Assembly (NCBI GenBank): GCA_964016885.1
Contig: OZ024743.1
Location: 254,510,001-254,574,000, forward strand
Source: Eledone cirrhosa
Lineage: Eukaryota
DNA: 64,000 nt
Direction of reading: 5' to 3'
This document shows positions 30,637 to 44,643 of this stretch, piece after piece. The position numbers were made by a program, and so were the translations under genes. How positions within the stretch are numbered: the first letter of the stretch is position 1; each line of letters begins with the position of its first letter. The notes under the pieces were generated by a model. That model was not told where the DNA came from and searched no databases. It was given only the letters and a program-made list of their open reading frames with translations.

Positions 30637-30669
<33 letters not shown>

Positions 30670-30708
30670 GTACACATATATATTTATATATATATATGTA
30701 CACATATA

Positions 30709-30769
<61 letters not shown>

Positions 30770-30804
30770 ATATATTTGTATATATCTATATACACATATA
30801 TATT

Positions 30805-30836
<32 letters not shown>

Positions 30837-30976
30837 TATATTTATATATATATTTATTTATATATATATACACATATATATTTATTTATATATATACACA
30901 CATATATATTTATTTATATATATATATATACACATATATATTTATATATATATATTAATATATATATATATAAATG

Positions 30977-31009
<33 letters not shown>

Positions 31010-31010
<1 letters not shown>

Positions 31011-32065
31011 CATTATGAAGAGAGAAGAAACATTTAGATATAATTAGTAATAAAATGTATCATACCTAAACTGTTCCTAAATTCCTCGACTACGTAGTTT
31101 CGTGGCATAAACAAAAACAATATATCAAAGATATAGAGTCCTTGCGAGGTCTGCCGACTTATCAAGAGGATACCTCATTTTACTAGTCTCAAGAACGCGT
31201 CTACACGACGTGAGAAAGAATCCCAAAAGGCGGAGGGGGAGACAGTCACGCGATATAACGGTCGAGAAACAGAGCTAAGCCTCTTATAACCACGAAGAAA
31301 ATACCACGGAGGCGGAGGGGGTATTCATATCGAGGCCGTAGAAGAGGTAGTGAAGAAGGCGAGAAGTATGAGTAATGGAAGCTTTCCAGTTGTCCCCACA
31401 CTTCAAAGATTGCTCGACCAGAGGGAGTTATTAATATATTTAGAAACACACAGATACATGCGGACACACACACATATACATGAATGCATCCGCACCCAAC
31501 TGTGAGTTAAGGGTGCCAACTTCACCGATGTTGCTCAATGAATGACTGGGACAGACCAATTCAGTTTGAACCAGACTGAACCAGTATCAGAGTTAAAAAT
31601 ACATTATGAAGAGAGAAGAAACATTTAGATATAATTAGTAATAAAATGTATCATACCTAAACTGTTCCTAAATTCCTCGACTACGTAGTTTCGTGGCATA
31701 AACAAAAACAATATATCAAAGATATAGAGTCCTTGCGAGGTCTGCCGACTTATCAAGAGGATACCTCATTTTACTAGTCTCAAGAACGCGTCTACACGAC
31801 GTGAGAAAGAATCCCAAAAGGCGGAGGGGGAGACAGTCACGCGATATAACGGTCGAGAAACAGAGCTAAGCCTCTTATAACCACGAAGAAAATACCACGG
31901 AGGCGGAGGGGGTATTCATATCGAGGCCGTAGAAGAGGTAGTGAAGAAGGCGAGAAGTATGAGTAATGGAAGCTTTCCAGTTGTCCCCACACTTCAAAGA
32001 TTGCTCGACCAGAGGGAGTTATTAATATATTTAGAAACACACAGATACATGCGGACACACACACA
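31010..32065 (-). mobile_element. Non-coding 591-bp HHR tandem element (1.8 units)
   Basis: 31011-31470 repeated at 31602-32062. Confidence 0.85.
31083..31170 (-). ncRNA. Hammerhead ribozyme with TTGATAA (U3-A8) core (also 31674-31761, 37667-37756, 38262-38351)
   Basis: tcctc-TTGATAA-gtcggca...tgccac-GAAA-CTACGTAG-TC-gagga. Confidence 0.8.
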
Positions 32066-32070
32066 TATAT

Positions 32071-32122
<52 letters not shown>

Positions 32123-32179
32123 ATATATACATTTATATATATATATATTTATATATATATATACATTTGTATATATATA

Positions 32180-32233
<54 letters not shown>

Positions 32234-34146
32234 AATTAAAATACTAGAGTGTGTTGGAGTTAAACACCCTCTTCGTATTATAGAAAGGACAGTAAAAGTA
32301 TAGCTCAATGTAATTAAACAGAGCCGAATAATTATGAAAATAAACCAAAGAAGCCTTCAATACATCAAAAGTCTTTATTAGCCAACAATGTTTCGTCCTA
32401 TTAAGGACTCATCTGGGCAATTAAAGCTATAAGAAGCACTATCGGCCATTACAAGCCAAAAACTCAGAAGAATATGGAGTGTACATCAAGTAAAAATTGC
32501 TAAGGAAGTGAATAACATTTTGAACCATATTACAAATATAGTCCAATGCAAAAACTAAAGCTAAACAAAGTTGGTGATATAGAGCGGGAATTATTGTACT
32601 ATATATAATATAATATAATATAATATAATATACTATAATTGATAATAATAATAATAATGTTAAACGGCCCAATATACATATATATATACATATGTACACA
32701 TATATACATATATATCAATACACATTTCCATCAATACAAGCACAAACTAACCCTTATTAAGAGTTTAAATATATATAAGAATAATAAGAATAAAAATAAT
32801 GATAAAAATAAAATAAAAATATAATACATATATTATGTACAGTATAAAATGAAGAATAAATGATTAAAAGTAAACATATAATATATAATAAACTATATAT
32901 AATATATAATCTCCGGTTAATTTGCACAAACAATATAAATGTTACAATAACACTATAATAACAATATTATAATATAATGGCATATAACTTAACAAATCAT
33001 ATAGGGTTACAGACCGGGTGAGAAAAAATATTGTACAGAACTAAATTATGTTGGAAAAATTATGTTGGAAAAATATCAAAACCATTGCAAGAAAACAGAT
33101 GGAGGTCAAATTTCTATACAATTGGTGTAAATAAATAAATATTATCCAAACATTACAAAAATTATAAAAATATAAATATATTACAGAATTTACAAAATTT
33201 AACATAACATAATGGTACATTTAATAATCGGTAAATAATAAAGATCAGTAGTACGTTTACAAAGAGTGGAATGATATAAAACTTCAATATAAAATATTGA
33301 ACATAGTATAATATACATAATTACGTGGTTGGTGGACAGACATTTGTGAATAAGTGAATGAGAACAAGACAGAAAACTACGCACGGTAGTATAAATATAT
33401 AAATAAAATCAACCGGAAATCGAAAAACAAAAACAAAAGTATTTACTTAGGTGTCACATGCAGTTAAGTAAAAAATTTAGGAAACAAACCCGGATAAATG
33501 ACTAGAAAACCTTATTAAATTAATTAATATTGAAAGTATTTAAAATACTTAATAAATCAATATATAAATTAGCTATGGTTTAAGTAATCAAAATCTCGAA
33601 ATTTTAAGATATCACTATAAAAATATCTGGAGAAGAGTGAAATATTCTACTATCAGTTGAATAACGTTATCTAATAAACAGACTTTAAATAGAATTATGG
33701 TAGGCCAATGGGAACAGAAAAAAGAAATGTATGAAGGATACGAAGGAGCATAAAATCATAATCAATATACTGTATTATACAATAGAAAGGATCATAAAAG
33801 GGAATTGAATATAATTATAGTATATTTGAAGGGGCGAATAACAAGTGTGGGGGGGGGCTTAGTTATGCAAAGAAGAATCCAAATAAAATAAAATAAAATA
33901 ATATAAAATAAAATATATAATCAGATATAAACTCATAAGGTGTTAATAGTGAAAATATAATATTTAAGAAGATGGATATGGTATGGTAGCCAAAAGACTA
34001 TGAAAGCTAGAATGAAAAGCTGTTAAAAACCAATAATAATAATGATGATAATGATGGTGGTAAACAAAATGAACCTAAACTAAAAAGATAAGGGAATATA
34101 GCAGCTAATGGATACAATTTACACTACTAGAACCTTTAGGTTTATA

Positions 34147-36791
34147 ATAAAAGTAAGAATGTGAAATGGCGTGGGGGCAAGAAGAGAATATCTTAGACTT
34201 TCTATTAAGTAAGGTTTCCCTAGAGAAAATTATAGAGTGGGTCTCAAGGATACAGAGATTACAAAATTTAGTATGTGTTGAAAGGTTATTAGAGCGTGCT
34301 ACTATTCGCCAATTAAGGCTATATGGTATATTGACCCCTTAAGATCCCAGATATGGTGTGCTAAAGAAGTAGAATTCTTAAACTTAACATGTTTAAAATT
34401 AGAGATATGAGAATTAAACCTAGTCTTAAAAGTGTTAGATGTAGAGCCTATATACGTGCTATTAGAGGAATTGGTTTTAACTACACAAGCATAAACGATG
34501 TTCTTAGAGAGGCAGTTACCGTTCAAAGGGCAGTTAGCACTCACTCTGCAGTTACACTTCCGGGTGCTATTGATCGGCTGAAGTAGTGATGCATCACACG
34601 TAGGGTTACTATGAGATAAGGTCTGCACAGGTTGTAAGGTATTTATGGATCTATTCAGACTAGTAGTACGTAGAGAGGAGTATCCATCCCTAATTTTCCC
34701 ATTGTTAGTGCTAGCTAAATGAGAACTAATATTAGGGGTGGTAGAGAATGAAAGTTTAATTACATTTTTATAAAAAATACTATGGTATTTATTAGTAGGA
34801 GGGAAATTTTTCTCTAAGATAGAAAAGAAAGACCTAGGGATGTTGGTTAATACTTCCTGATTATATGGCGGGTTAAAATAAGTATTTAGACTCCTTCTAT
34901 TTTTATCCTTACCAACTCTACCGTTATCTAATATCCCCTTATTAAGATTTGGGTTACTACAAGGACTAGTTAAAACCACATTATTAGAATCAGCCGAAAC
35001 TCTATTAAGTCTCTTTCTGTTTCTACCATTAGTATATCTGTGGCTATCTGGCAACATATCAAAAGGATTAGGGCTAATAATAGGATCAGTAGAAACAACA
35101 CTATTAGAATTAGATTTAGCAAAAGCATTACCACTAAGTGAGCGCTCAGAGGGCTCGACTTGATTCCTAGAAGTATTAGATTCCCTATTACGAGTCCGGT
35201 GGCTTGACTTATGGATGGGCTCAGATACACCTATGTGATTTCTACGATTCTTATGCTTTCTACTCCCATTCATGGCCATATTATGGGATTTTATGTTATT
35301 ATTATTATAAGTAAGCGGAGATTTTCTAAGGTTACTATTATTATAATGTATTTTACCAGAGTAACCGGAATTAGCTAGGGCATTATTATAGTACTCTGCA
35401 TGTGCATTAAATGTTCCTACGTCCTTAGAGAGTGTGGAAATCCTATTAGATACACCATTAATTATAGAGCTTATCATAGATTTGGGGTGGTTAGAATTGG
35501 GACTAACATAAGGGAGTATTTCATTAGGCTTATGGAAGGGTTTAAAACTATTAGTGACCAAGTCCAAAGTCACATCTAAAAAGTTGACCGCTCGAACGTT
35601 TCTATCTATCGTGATCGAAAGGTTATAGCTTTTAAAAAACTTATAAAGCTTCTTCTTATTATGCTCGACGTTGTTGGTGCTAGAGTTAATCACAAACAAT
35701 GCATCGTCACGATAAAGTCCGCCTTTAAGGTGCGGAACGGTAACATATAGTTCATTTAGGAGGAAAAGCCCAACAAGATCAGTTACCTGGGCCGAATCAC
35801 TCGAACCCATTGTAACGTCGATATTGTTGGGCGTGTTTTTACGGGTCCAAAATGTATCCTCAAAATTAATGATAGTTCTACGGGCTGCTAGTATAATATC
35901 TACCTGTGATCGTGTAAGGCTGGACACTCTCATGGACAACATTAAGGCTTTGTTAAGGAGGATGGGTGAAATCGATGTGTAATAGGCATCAATATCGAAC
36001 TGGATAAACCTACTAGATTCAAGTTTATCAATACCAGAGAACCAATCTATAACGTCCTTAGTGTTCCCCCATAGGTTAAAATTAACCTTCTCCCTAACAT
36101 CTGGTATAATAAGGTCAAGGATTTTCTTACTAATTATGGCTATATCAGACTTGGAAGGACAGATGAGTCTAACAGAGGTATTACTAATGAAGTCTACCTT
36201 ATGATCCTTAAGAGTGAATCTCGGTTCCCTAGGGTAATAGGGCTGGGTATACTTATCGAGGCCAAGGTCCGAGACTATCTTAAGACCCTCACTATTGATA
36301 TGGTTCAAATTATCCTGCGTAGTCTTTTTATAATTTCTATGCAGCTCCTTATAAATAAAATCACGGTAAGCACTGTAATCCATAGAGTATAGATTCTTAG
36401 TCTTATCAGCCGGGACAAGAATAGACTTATTCACTCTAAAACCCTTAACAATATTTTTAAGTCTAGACTGGAACCTGTCAAACTTATTATAATTTCGATG
36501 CCTATTATATGGCCTATACTTAATATTTTTGACAAGGGAAAGTAAGTCATTTTCAAAATTATCTAATAGAACATTATGTGGTGGGCTCTTATAAGTTTTG
36601 AAGCCAAAGATATTGAAATGAGTTCTATGCTTGGGGTCAGTCCTATTCCTATTAATATCATAGTGGAGAGCACGCCATCTAATCCTTTTTACGAAGGAGT
36701 TAACACTAGCAATTAAGATTTTTTCATAAGTATTTCTAGAGGGGGTGGGAATATTCTTCAGAGATAAAGGCAGGTAACTCTTTGTTAGCAT
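34147..36791 (-). CDS. Naiad RT + GIY-YIG polyprotein; one frameshift near 34337 (last ~60 aa NIPYSLNWRI..CNLCILE..LLN..CPH in another frame)
   Basis: SLKNIPTPS, PADKTKNLY, TLKDHK, RLICPSKS, QFDIDAYYTSI, DVTMGS, GLYRDD, FNPPY, CNC..CPL..CL, YIGST..FKTRF; likely ATG at 36791. Confidence 0.9.
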
Positions 36792-37484
36792 ACTGTCAGA
36801 TATAAAGGCCAAAACACCAGTATATAGGAGGAAGCTCAACCAGTCAGGAGCAGTAACAAGAATTAAAATACTAGAGTGTGTTGGAGTTAAACACCCTCTT
36901 CGTATTATAGAAATGACAGTAAAAGTATAGCTCAATGTAATTAAACAGAGCCGAAGAATTATGAAAATAAACCATAGAAGCCTTCAATACATCAAAAGTC
37001 TTTATTAGCCAACATTGTTTCGTCCTATTAAGGACTCATCAGGGCAATTAAAGCTATAAGAAGCACTATCGGCCATTACAAGCCAAAAACTCAGAAGAAT
37101 ATGGAGTGTACATCAAGTAAAAATTGCTAAGGAAGTGAATAATCTTTTGAAGCATATTACAAATATAGTCCAATGCAAAAACTAAAGCTAAACGAAGGTG
37201 GTGATATAGAGCGGGAATTATTGTACTATATATAATATAATATAATATACTATAAATGATAATAATAATAATAATGTTAAACGGCCCAATATACATATAT
37301 ATATATATATACATATGTACACATATATACATATATATCAATACACATTTCCATCAATACAAGCACAAACTAACCCTTATTAAGAGTTTAAATATAAATA
37401 AGAATAATAAGAATAATAAGAATAAAAATAAAGATAAAAATAGTTTTTGGCTTGTAATGGCCGATAGTGCTTCTTATAGCTTTA

Positions 37485-37529
37485 ATTGCCCTGATGAGTC
37501 CTTAATAGGACGAAACATTGTTGGCTAAT
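37485..37529 (+). ncRNA. Minimal hammerhead ribozyme (also 37004-37048 -; 32377-32421 - with CAGATGA)
   Basis: attgcc-CTGATGA-gtcct taat aggac-GAAA-cattg-TT-ggctaat. Confidence 0.88.
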
Positions 37530-37593
37530 AAAGACTTTTGATGTATTGAAGGCTTCTTTGGTTTATTTTCATGATATATATATATATATATAT

Positions 37594-38862
37594 ACATTAT
37601 GAAGAGAGAAGAAACATTTAGATATAATTAGTAATAAAATGTATCATACCTAAACTGCTCCTAAATTCCTCGACTACGTAGTTTCGTGGCATAAACAAAA
37701 ACAATATATCATAAAGATATAGAGTCCTTGCGAGGTCTGCCGACTTATCAAGAGGATACCTCATTTTACTAGTCTCAAGAACGCGTCTACACGACGTGAG
37801 AAAGAATCCCAAAAGGCGGAGGGGGAGATAGTCACGCGATATAACGGTCGAGAAACAGAGCTAAGCCTCTTATAACCCCGAAGAAAATACCACGGAGGCG
37901 GAGGGGGTATTTATATCGAGGCCGTAGAAGAGGTGGTGAAGAAGGCGAGAAGTATGAGTAATGGAAGCTTTCCAGCTGTCCCCACACTTCAAAGATTGCT
38001 CGACCAGAGGGAGTTATTAACAATATATTTAGAAACACACAGATACATGCGGACACACACATATATACATGAATGCATCCGCACCCAACTGTGAGTTAAG
38101 GGTGCCAACTTCACCGATGTTGCTCAATGAATGACTGGGACAGACCAATTCAGTTGAACTAGACTGAACCAGTATCAGAGTTAAAAATACATTATGAAGA
38201 GAGAAGAAACATTTAGATATAATTAGTAATAAAATGTATCATACCTAAACTGCTCCTAAATTCCTCGACTACGTAGTTTCGTGGCATAAACAAAAACAAT
38301 ATATCATAAAGATATAGAGTCCTTGCGAGGTCTGCCGACTTATCAAGAGGATACCTCATTTTACTAGTCTCAAGAACGCGTCTACACGACGTGAGAAAGA
38401 ATCCCAAAAGGCGGAGGGGGAGATAGTCACACGATATAACGGTCGAGAAACAGAGCTAAGCCTCTTATAACCCCGAAGAAAATACCACGGAGGCGGAGGG
38501 GGTATTTATATCGAGGCCGTAGAAGAGGTGGTGAAGAAGGCGAGAAGTATGAGTAATGGAAGCTTTCCAGCTGTCCCCACACTTCAAAGATTGCTCGACC
38601 AGAGGGAGTTATTAACAATATATTTAGAAACACACAGATACATGAGGACACACACATATATACATGAATGCATCCGCACCCAACTGTGAGTTAAGGGTGC
38701 CAACTTCACCGACGTTGCTCAATGAATGACTGGGACAGACCAATTCAGTTGAACTAGACTGAACCAGTATCAGAGTTCGGGGTTATAAGAGGCTTAGCTC
38801 TGTTGGGTGCGGATGCATTCATGTATATATGTGTGTGTCCGCATGTATCTGTGTGTTTCTAA

Positions 38863-38870
<8 letters not shown>
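37594..38870 (-). mobile_element. Non-coding 595-bp HHR tandem element (2 units) + two short inverted fragments (38777-38870)
   Basis: Same family as 31010-32065, with distinct diagnostic variants. Confidence 0.85.
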
Positions 38871-38921
<51 letters not shown>

Positions 38922-39150
38922 AAACAACAGACCCTCCATCTCAACTCACCTTTTGAAAAGCAGAAGAACTGCGAAACCGGTAAAGGAACCAAATAAATAT
39001 ATATATTTAAAAAAAAAAAAAAAATAAGACTTCAGTTGCATTTTCGATTTCATCCCTTTTTCTTTATACTTCCACTCGTGTAGGACACCTCGGTTATTTT
39101 TCATTTTGTAAAAAAAAAAAAAACCTCACTTTCTAATATATATATATATT

Positions 39151-39185
<35 letters not shown>

Positions 39186-39190
39186 TTATA

Positions 39191-39223
<33 letters not shown>

Positions 39224-39264
39224 GTATATATATATTTATATATATATATTTATATATATATATT

Positions 39265-39514
<250 letters not shown>

Positions 39515-39524
39515 TTTTTTTTTA

Positions 39525-40285
39525 CCGATTAACCCACTCGATATGCATATTGGGCTACTCAGCCGTTAATATGCATAAGGTAAGTATATACGTTCAACAA
39601 TCTGGCAGGAAGGTATACGTTGCTGACGATAGCTAACAAGCTTGAAACTAGTACAGCGTTCCTTTGTCAGTGTTGAACAAACGAGCAACGGTGGTTGCTA
39701 GACACTACGGCTTAATACGGGATGTTTGTTTACAAACACACCGAGCATTATAATAAATGTTCGGTGAATCCATACGTGCATATATATATGTGTGCATGTA
39801 TGTATATATATATATATACATACTACTGTACGTCGGTATACATATATGTATGTACGTGTACATATTTATATTTAAGTAACAGCCGTACTAAGAGTGGGAA
39901 ATGAAATATCGTTTCATTTTTTCCGTTTATCGTTTTCGGTGCACCCGGCCGATTAACCCACTCGATATGCATATTGGGCAACTCAGCCGTTAATATGCAT
40001 AAGGTAAGTATATACGTTCAACAATCTGGCAGGGAGGTATACGTTGCTGACGATAGCTAACAAGCTTGAAACTAGTACAGCGTTCCTTTGTCAGTGTTGA
40101 ACAAACGAGCAACGGTGGTTGCTAGACACTACGGCTTAATACGGGATGTTTGTTTACAAACACACCGAGCATTATAATAAATGTTCGGTGAATCCATACG
40201 TTCATATATATATGTGTGCATGTATGTATATATATATATACATACTACTGTACGTCGGTATACATATATGTATGTACGTGTACAT
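39525..40285 (+). mobile_element. Non-coding 424-bp HHR tandem element (1.8 units); HHR-less fragment at ~57350-57545
   Basis: Units start at 39525 and 39949; TA flanks. Confidence 0.85.
39617..39659 (+). ncRNA. Minimal type I hammerhead ribozyme (also 40041-40083)
   Basis: acgttg-CTGACGA-t agct aaca agct t-GAAA-CTAG-TA-cagcgt. Confidence 0.88.
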
Positions 40286-40332
40286 ACTTATATATATATA
40301 TAAATATATATATTTATATATCTATATATATT

Positions 40333-40365
<33 letters not shown>

Positions 40366-40392
40366 ATTTATATATATATATATTTATATATT

Positions 40393-40427
<35 letters not shown>

Positions 40428-40456
40428 ATATATTTATGTATATATATATATATATG

Positions 40457-40543
<87 letters not shown>

Positions 40544-40714
40544 TTATATTTATATATATATGCAAATGTTCTATTTAAAATTGTTGGGATACAACAAGTA
40601 AATATTTTTATAACTGATATAAAGCACTCGACAAGTATTTGGAGTAGATATACGATATTAATAAGTGTGTGTGTGTTGGCTGCTCAGTTTCTGAGCACCC
40701 AACACAAACACAGA

Positions 40715-41028
40715 AACAAAATGGCGTAGGACAGAACAAAGTAGAGGCACAGAAACAAAGAAAGGAATCCCAGTCACTGAAGAGGTCGCAGAGTGTGTGA
40801 CGAAAGAACTATGACTATATATAAACAACTATCTGGTTGTGGAACCAACCAACCAACCAACCAGAAATTGATAAATTGATAAATTTATAAATATATAATA
40901 AATTGAAGTGAAAGCAACTGGTGCGTGTGTTTCTTATTGGCAACATGACCCTCCCAAAGTATAACAATATCGGTTTCAACACACGATTTCAGATAAAGAA
41001 TCTTGCTAAACAAATTCAGAAACGAAAT
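40715..41028 (+). mobile_element. Solo pLTR-like relative of the 9.7-14.5 kb PLE
   Basis: Reverse-complement similarity to 9705-10010; ends at the same CAGAAACGAAAT. Confidence 0.82.
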
Positions 41029-41168
41029 AAATATATATAAATATGTGTGTATATATATATATATATGTGTGTGTATATATATATATATAAGTATATACAA
41101 ATATGTGTATATATATATATATACCTGTGTACTTATATATATAAATATATATATGTGTATATATATAA

Positions 41169-41201
<33 letters not shown>

Positions 41202-41371
41202 AATATATATTTATATATATATATGTGTGTATATATATATATATAAATATATATTTATATATATATATGTGTGTGTATATATATATATATATATAAATAT
41301 ATATTTATATATATATATGTGTGTATATATATATATATATATAAATATATATTTATATATATATGTGTGTG

Positions 41372-41402
<31 letters not shown>

Positions 41403-41437
41403 GTGTGTGTGTATATATATAAATATATATTTATATA

Positions 41438-41505
<68 letters not shown>

Positions 41506-41639
41506 CGTGTATATATATAAATATAAATATATACATATATATATGTGTATATATATATATATAAATATATAAATATATAAATATACATATGTATGTGTGT
41601 ATATATATACATATATAAATATATATAAATATATATATA

Positions 41640-42585
41640 TTGTATACAAGAGATGTAGCGGGATTACAGGAAGCTTAATTGAGAATGTAGGCTTCACATG
41701 CAGCAACTGTGCTGGGCCATCAAGCAGCAAACAGCCTCAGGAAACAAGTACCACCGATCTCTGGGAGCACTCTGTACATACAGTAGACAGCTTCTGCTAC
41801 CTAGGTGACCGAATTAGCAGCGGAGGTGGGTTTTCAGAAAGTACAATAACTAGTGTAAGAACGGGATGGAAGAAGTTCAGGGAACTACTACCACTGCGAG
41901 CAGCAAAAGGCTTCTCCCACCAAATGAAAGGCAGACTGTATGATGCGTGTATCCCAACATCAATGTTACATAGTAGTGAGAACTGGGCGCTGAAGGTGGA
42001 AGACTTACGCAGATTAGAAAGAAACGAAGCCTGCATGCTCCGATGGATGTGTAATAGTAATATACCCGAACGACAAAGCATAAATGAATTGAGAGAGAGA
42101 CTGAGCATAAAAGAAATTAAATGGTGTGTGCAGGAGAGGCGGTTGTGTTGGTATGGACATGTGTTGCGTAAGAAGGATGACAGCTGCATAGAAAGGTGCA
42201 GAGCACTAGAAGTGAATGGAAACCGCGGAGTGGGTCACGCAGTAATACAGAGTACCCGACCTCCCATGGGTACAAGCTGAAGCATATAGACAATATGCCC
42301 CACACCCTCCCACTGCAAGGTGGTCGTGGAGGTGCCACGGCAATAAAGCACCCAGCCCACACTGTAAAGTGGACGTGTAGGCGCCACAGAAAAAGCACCC
42401 AGCACTCACTGTAAATGAGGTTGGTGTTAGGAAGGGCAACCAGCTGTAGAAATCAAGCAAAAATCAGTTCCTGTATGAGCAAGGCATGGTCAGCCGACCA
42501 GACACTGCCCACAACAGGACAGCCCGTCTAACCCATGCTAGCATGGAAGAACGGACGTAAAACAGTGATGATGATGATGATGATA
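41640..42585 (+). mobile_element. RTE-clade LINE 3' fragment with (GAT)n tail
   Basis: FCYLGD, GWKKFRELLP, WAL..LERNE..MLRWMC, RRL.WYGHV; microsatellite tail. Confidence 0.88.
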
Positions 42586-42593
42586 TATATGTG

Positions 42594-42628
<35 letters not shown>

Positions 42629-42645
42629 GTGTATATATATATATG

Positions 42646-42692
<47 letters not shown>

Positions 42693-43999
42693 ATATATAT
42701 ATATAACGAAGGAAATGTGGTAAGGAACCAGGTGGACCATAACGCACCAAAGTACTCAATACTTGAGGTAGTAGAGTGGGTAATAGGAACCAGTAAGACC
42801 CCGACAGCTGAGCTCAAGCCGTTTCGACGGCTAATTCTGGACTAAATGAACATTTATCCTGGTATTTAAATAGCCGATCTTCTCAAGGGGTAATTCCATA
42901 TATGGTCAAAGTGATTGTCAAAAATCAGTAGTAATTCTGTGGTTGCAAATTAGTAGGGGAGATGGTGGCTAAACCTGCCAGTAGGAGAAAGAGGGGAGGG
43001 GGTGGAGTAGACCCAATCAAGCGTTGGTAGTGCCAGCTACAGCTGGGCATGAGGTCAAAGAAGATACAGGGGAGGGGGAGGGGGAGGAAGTCGGAACGGT
43101 AGGTAGAACAATGGGGGGTAGAAATAGGAAAGAAAAAATACTGAGAGTGAAGAAAAGCAAATAAGTGTAAAGAAAAAAGTAAAGTAAATTAAATTCTACG
43201 ACCTAGGTGTCAGGCTATTGTTAGGCGAGAATAAAATAAAGAAAGAAAGAAAGAAGTAAATAAATAAATAAATAAATAAATAAGGAAATAAGTAAAAGAA
43301 CTAGGTGGGACGAATTAGGCAAGGACCCTTTTAAGAGGTATAAGTACGTAAATGATACGGTGACTGGTCAACAAAAGGGGCCAAAATACTAAAGAGACTA
43401 CCACGAAATAAACAATAAAGGTTTCCATCCCGGGCCAGCAACGACCCAGTGCAGCAAAGTGAACTTGTACGACATAATAATTCTGAGTCCCGAGAAAAAT
43501 ATATACTAATGCTAACTCTAAAAGATCTAAAACAAGCTACATGAAAGTTCCTACGAAATAAAGGTAGAATACGGAGAAATAAATTCAGAATCCACCCCGC
43601 CCAGAATAAAAGCGAAGCAAGAAATACTGAAACGAAAAAATAAGGCATAAGTGCCACTAAGAAATATAGAGGGCACAGAGAATAGTGGGAGCGGTCGGAA
43701 AAAGGGGGCAAGTATCCGGGGTCTAAGCCAACTGCTATAAAGGGCGGAGTCCGCCAAATCTATCAAAGACTAGGGGAGGGGGGAGTGGGGGTACTAAGGC
43801 TACATGGGGCCAAAGGGCAGCCTCGGGTGGGCGAGAAAAGACGCCGACAAAGGAGAAGAGCTGGGGTAGAAGGACAAAGGAGAGAGGGGGGAAGGAAATA
43901 AAGGAAGCGATAAAAGAATACAAAGAAGATCTTACGTCTTCCTTGGCAAGCAGGGGTTACCCATTGCAAAATCGGCAACTGGGGTGTTATAGCCCTAGT

Positions 44000-44631
44000 C
44001 TACCCCCCCGGGTCATTATGGGGTTTGAGGGCGAGGTAAGTCCTACGCAATCTATGTTTACATGCAGTAACCAGTTCATCTTTCTTGTTTAGGAGTTGGT
44101 CCGTCGAAAACAGTATTTGTAAAGTTTCCTCCGAGCATAAATTGCACGGACGGCGTCCTCCCGTGTAAGAATTGGCTCTGGACAGTAATCTCCAAGTGAG
44201 ATCATAGGTGATGTTGTTGTCCTTGAGGTCCCATATGTGGCCCGAAAGTGTGGTGGCGTGACGCCGGGCCGGGTTTCGGAAGGTATGTCTATGTTGGTAT
44301 AGCCGGGTCTTGAAGTCACATGCGGTAAGTCCTATATAGGCTTTGTTGGAGGTATCCGTCCTCACGTTGCACTTGTAGATCACATTACGGTCTCTGCATC
44401 TATTGTCGAGTGGGCAAATAGATCTATCCGGGCAGTTACACCTCCTGGTCGGTTCTCCACTGCTATTTAGGTTATTTCTGCCATCAGGGTTGAGTTTTTT
44501 GTTGTTAGAGGAGACGATGTTTTGTGCGAAGTTTGGTGTAGTGCTGTAAGAGAGTTTGATGGTATTTTTGTTAATTATGTTGTGGTAGCGGTGTTGTAAT
44601 GGGAAGTGTTTTTCAATGAGCCTAAAGAATA
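44000..44631 (-). pseudogene. Inverted duplicate of the GIY-YIG endonuclease region
   Basis: Near-identical to 45235-45864. Confidence 0.9.
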
Positions 44632-44643
44632 TGCCTAAAGAAT

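Larger units (their letters stand above)
32231..37572 (-). mobile_element. Near full-length Naiad-type PLE: direct pLTRs (32231-32820, 36858-37440) and short inverted copy (37441-37572)
   Basis: Long RT-EN ORF, ~1.9-kb 3' region, three HHR copies, TA flanks. Confidence 0.93.
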
